Below are positions 5,202-5,667 of a stretch of DNA of 5,667 bases, piece after piece (the first letter of the stretch is position 1; each line of letters starts with the position of its first letter). Location of the stretch: positions 1-5,667 of the forward strand of contig JAQTNI010000054.1 in the NCBI GenBank assembly GCA_028713935.1, given 5' to 3'. A program made the position numbers and the translations under genes. The notes under the pieces are model-generated. The model had not been told where the DNA came from, made no database searches, and was given only the letters and a program-made list of their open reading frames with translations. Origin of the DNA: Candidatus Iainarchaeum sp. Lineage in GTDB: Archaea; Iainarchaeota; Iainarchaeia; Iainarchaeales; GCA-2688035.

Positions 5202-5552
5202 TTATTTTGCTTCTTCTTTTTTTGTTGGTGCCGGAGCGTTTTCCTTTGGCTTTGTTTTTTCCTCTTTTCCTTTTTTTATTCCGGCGCTCTTATTAATTAA
5301 ATGCTCAAGCTCTGTTTTTTTCATATTTTCCTCGTTTTCATATGCAAATGCGGTTCCATCAATTGCAGTGGAGCCGAACCGCGTGCTTATTTTTTCTATT
5401 ATAACAAGCTCCGGCTTTGAACCGTTCAGAGCCGCTATTTTTTCCCGCAATTCTTTTCTTGTCGGGGTTGTTTTTGATTCTTTGGCTTCAAATTTTATTT
5501 CTTCCCTTTTCAATGCAGGGTTTTTTTGCTTTTGAGTTATCCTAACATCCAT
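5202..5552 (-). CDS. rps24e: 30S ribosomal protein S24e (eS24), 116 aa, with a Lys/Glu-rich C-terminal tail
   Basis: MDVRITQKQKNPALKREEIKFEAKESKTTPTRKELREKIAA...VIIEKISTRFGSTAIDGTAFAYENEE matches the S24e pattern (N-x-LL-x-R-x-E, TPsR-x-E-[LI]-R-x-K-[LI]A, F-G-x-x-x-x-x-G-x-a-x-iY). I chose ATG 5552, preceded by AAGGATGAT 4 nt upstream. The track start at 5585 is TTG. Confidence 0.9.
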   Translation of the reverse strand: MDVRITQKQKNPALKREEIKFEAKESKTTPTRKELREKIAALNGSKPELVIIEKISTRFGSTAIDGTAFAYENEENMKKTELEHLINKSAGIKKGKEEKTKPKENAPAPTKKEEAK

Positions 5553-5590
5553 TTGTATCATCCTTGTCCAAGTTTTTGCAGGCAATGATT

Positions 5591-5667
5591 TTACCTGCTG
5601 AGCCTTAGCGCATATTTTCCTGGTGTTGTTATCCCCTTGTATTTTGCAATCTCACTTTTTTCAGGGT
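5591..5667 (-). CDS. spt4: 3' end (last 24 aa) of transcription elongation factor Spt4 / RNA polymerase subunit E''; the 5' part lies outside the window
   Basis: The minus frame is open from the window edge and reads PEKSEIAKYKGITTPGKYALRLSR*, with TAA at 5591-5593. It matches the conserved archaeal Spt4 C-terminus (..dPekSeiAk..gi..pGkYAl.v). Its position directly upstream of rps24e fits the conserved archaeal gene order. It is not in the ORF track because there is no start in the window. Confidence 0.7.
   Translation of the reverse strand, partial: PEKSEIAKYKGITTPGKYALRLSR

Noticed and set aside
1-5667. A very high density of T6-T9 and A6-A9 homopolymer runs throughout the window, which could be slippery or phase-variable sites.
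   Set aside because: The runs track the coding strand: AAA Lys codons on the minus strand and TTT Phe codons in membrane proteins. All annotated frames stay open through them, so there is no sign of frameshifts.

Overview
The window reads as an archaeal chromosome segment, probably from a small-genome, AT-rich lineage such as DPANN (lineage is inference). Most of it is one tightly packed minus-strand housekeeping operon: Spt4 (3' end only) > S24e > S27ae > CPBP-family intramembrane protease > single-domain TsaC/Sua5 > uncharacterised 158-aa protein > Kae1. A membrane-anchored Lon-like (S16) protease without an ATPase domain follows on the same strand. The left ~1.4 kb carries plus-strand genes for small multi-TM proteins of unknown function (one cut by the window edge). 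Two of these are each followed by a copy of a ~38-nt intergenic repeat. I found no rRNA, tRNA, CRISPR array, transposase or recognisable defence system. The best candidate for new biology is the orphan 158-aa basic-tailed protein between the two universal t6A enzymes (TsaC/Sua5 and Kae1) inside a ribosomal-protein operon. Secondary observations are a CPBP protease translationally coupled between rps27ae and tsaC, an apparent Arg-to-Gln change in the TsaC KxR motif, and the intergenic repeat pair. The evidence is motif reading by eye; no searches or folds were run. Several ORF-track starts are TTG/GTG extensions that overlap upstream genes, and I replaced them with downstream ATG starts.
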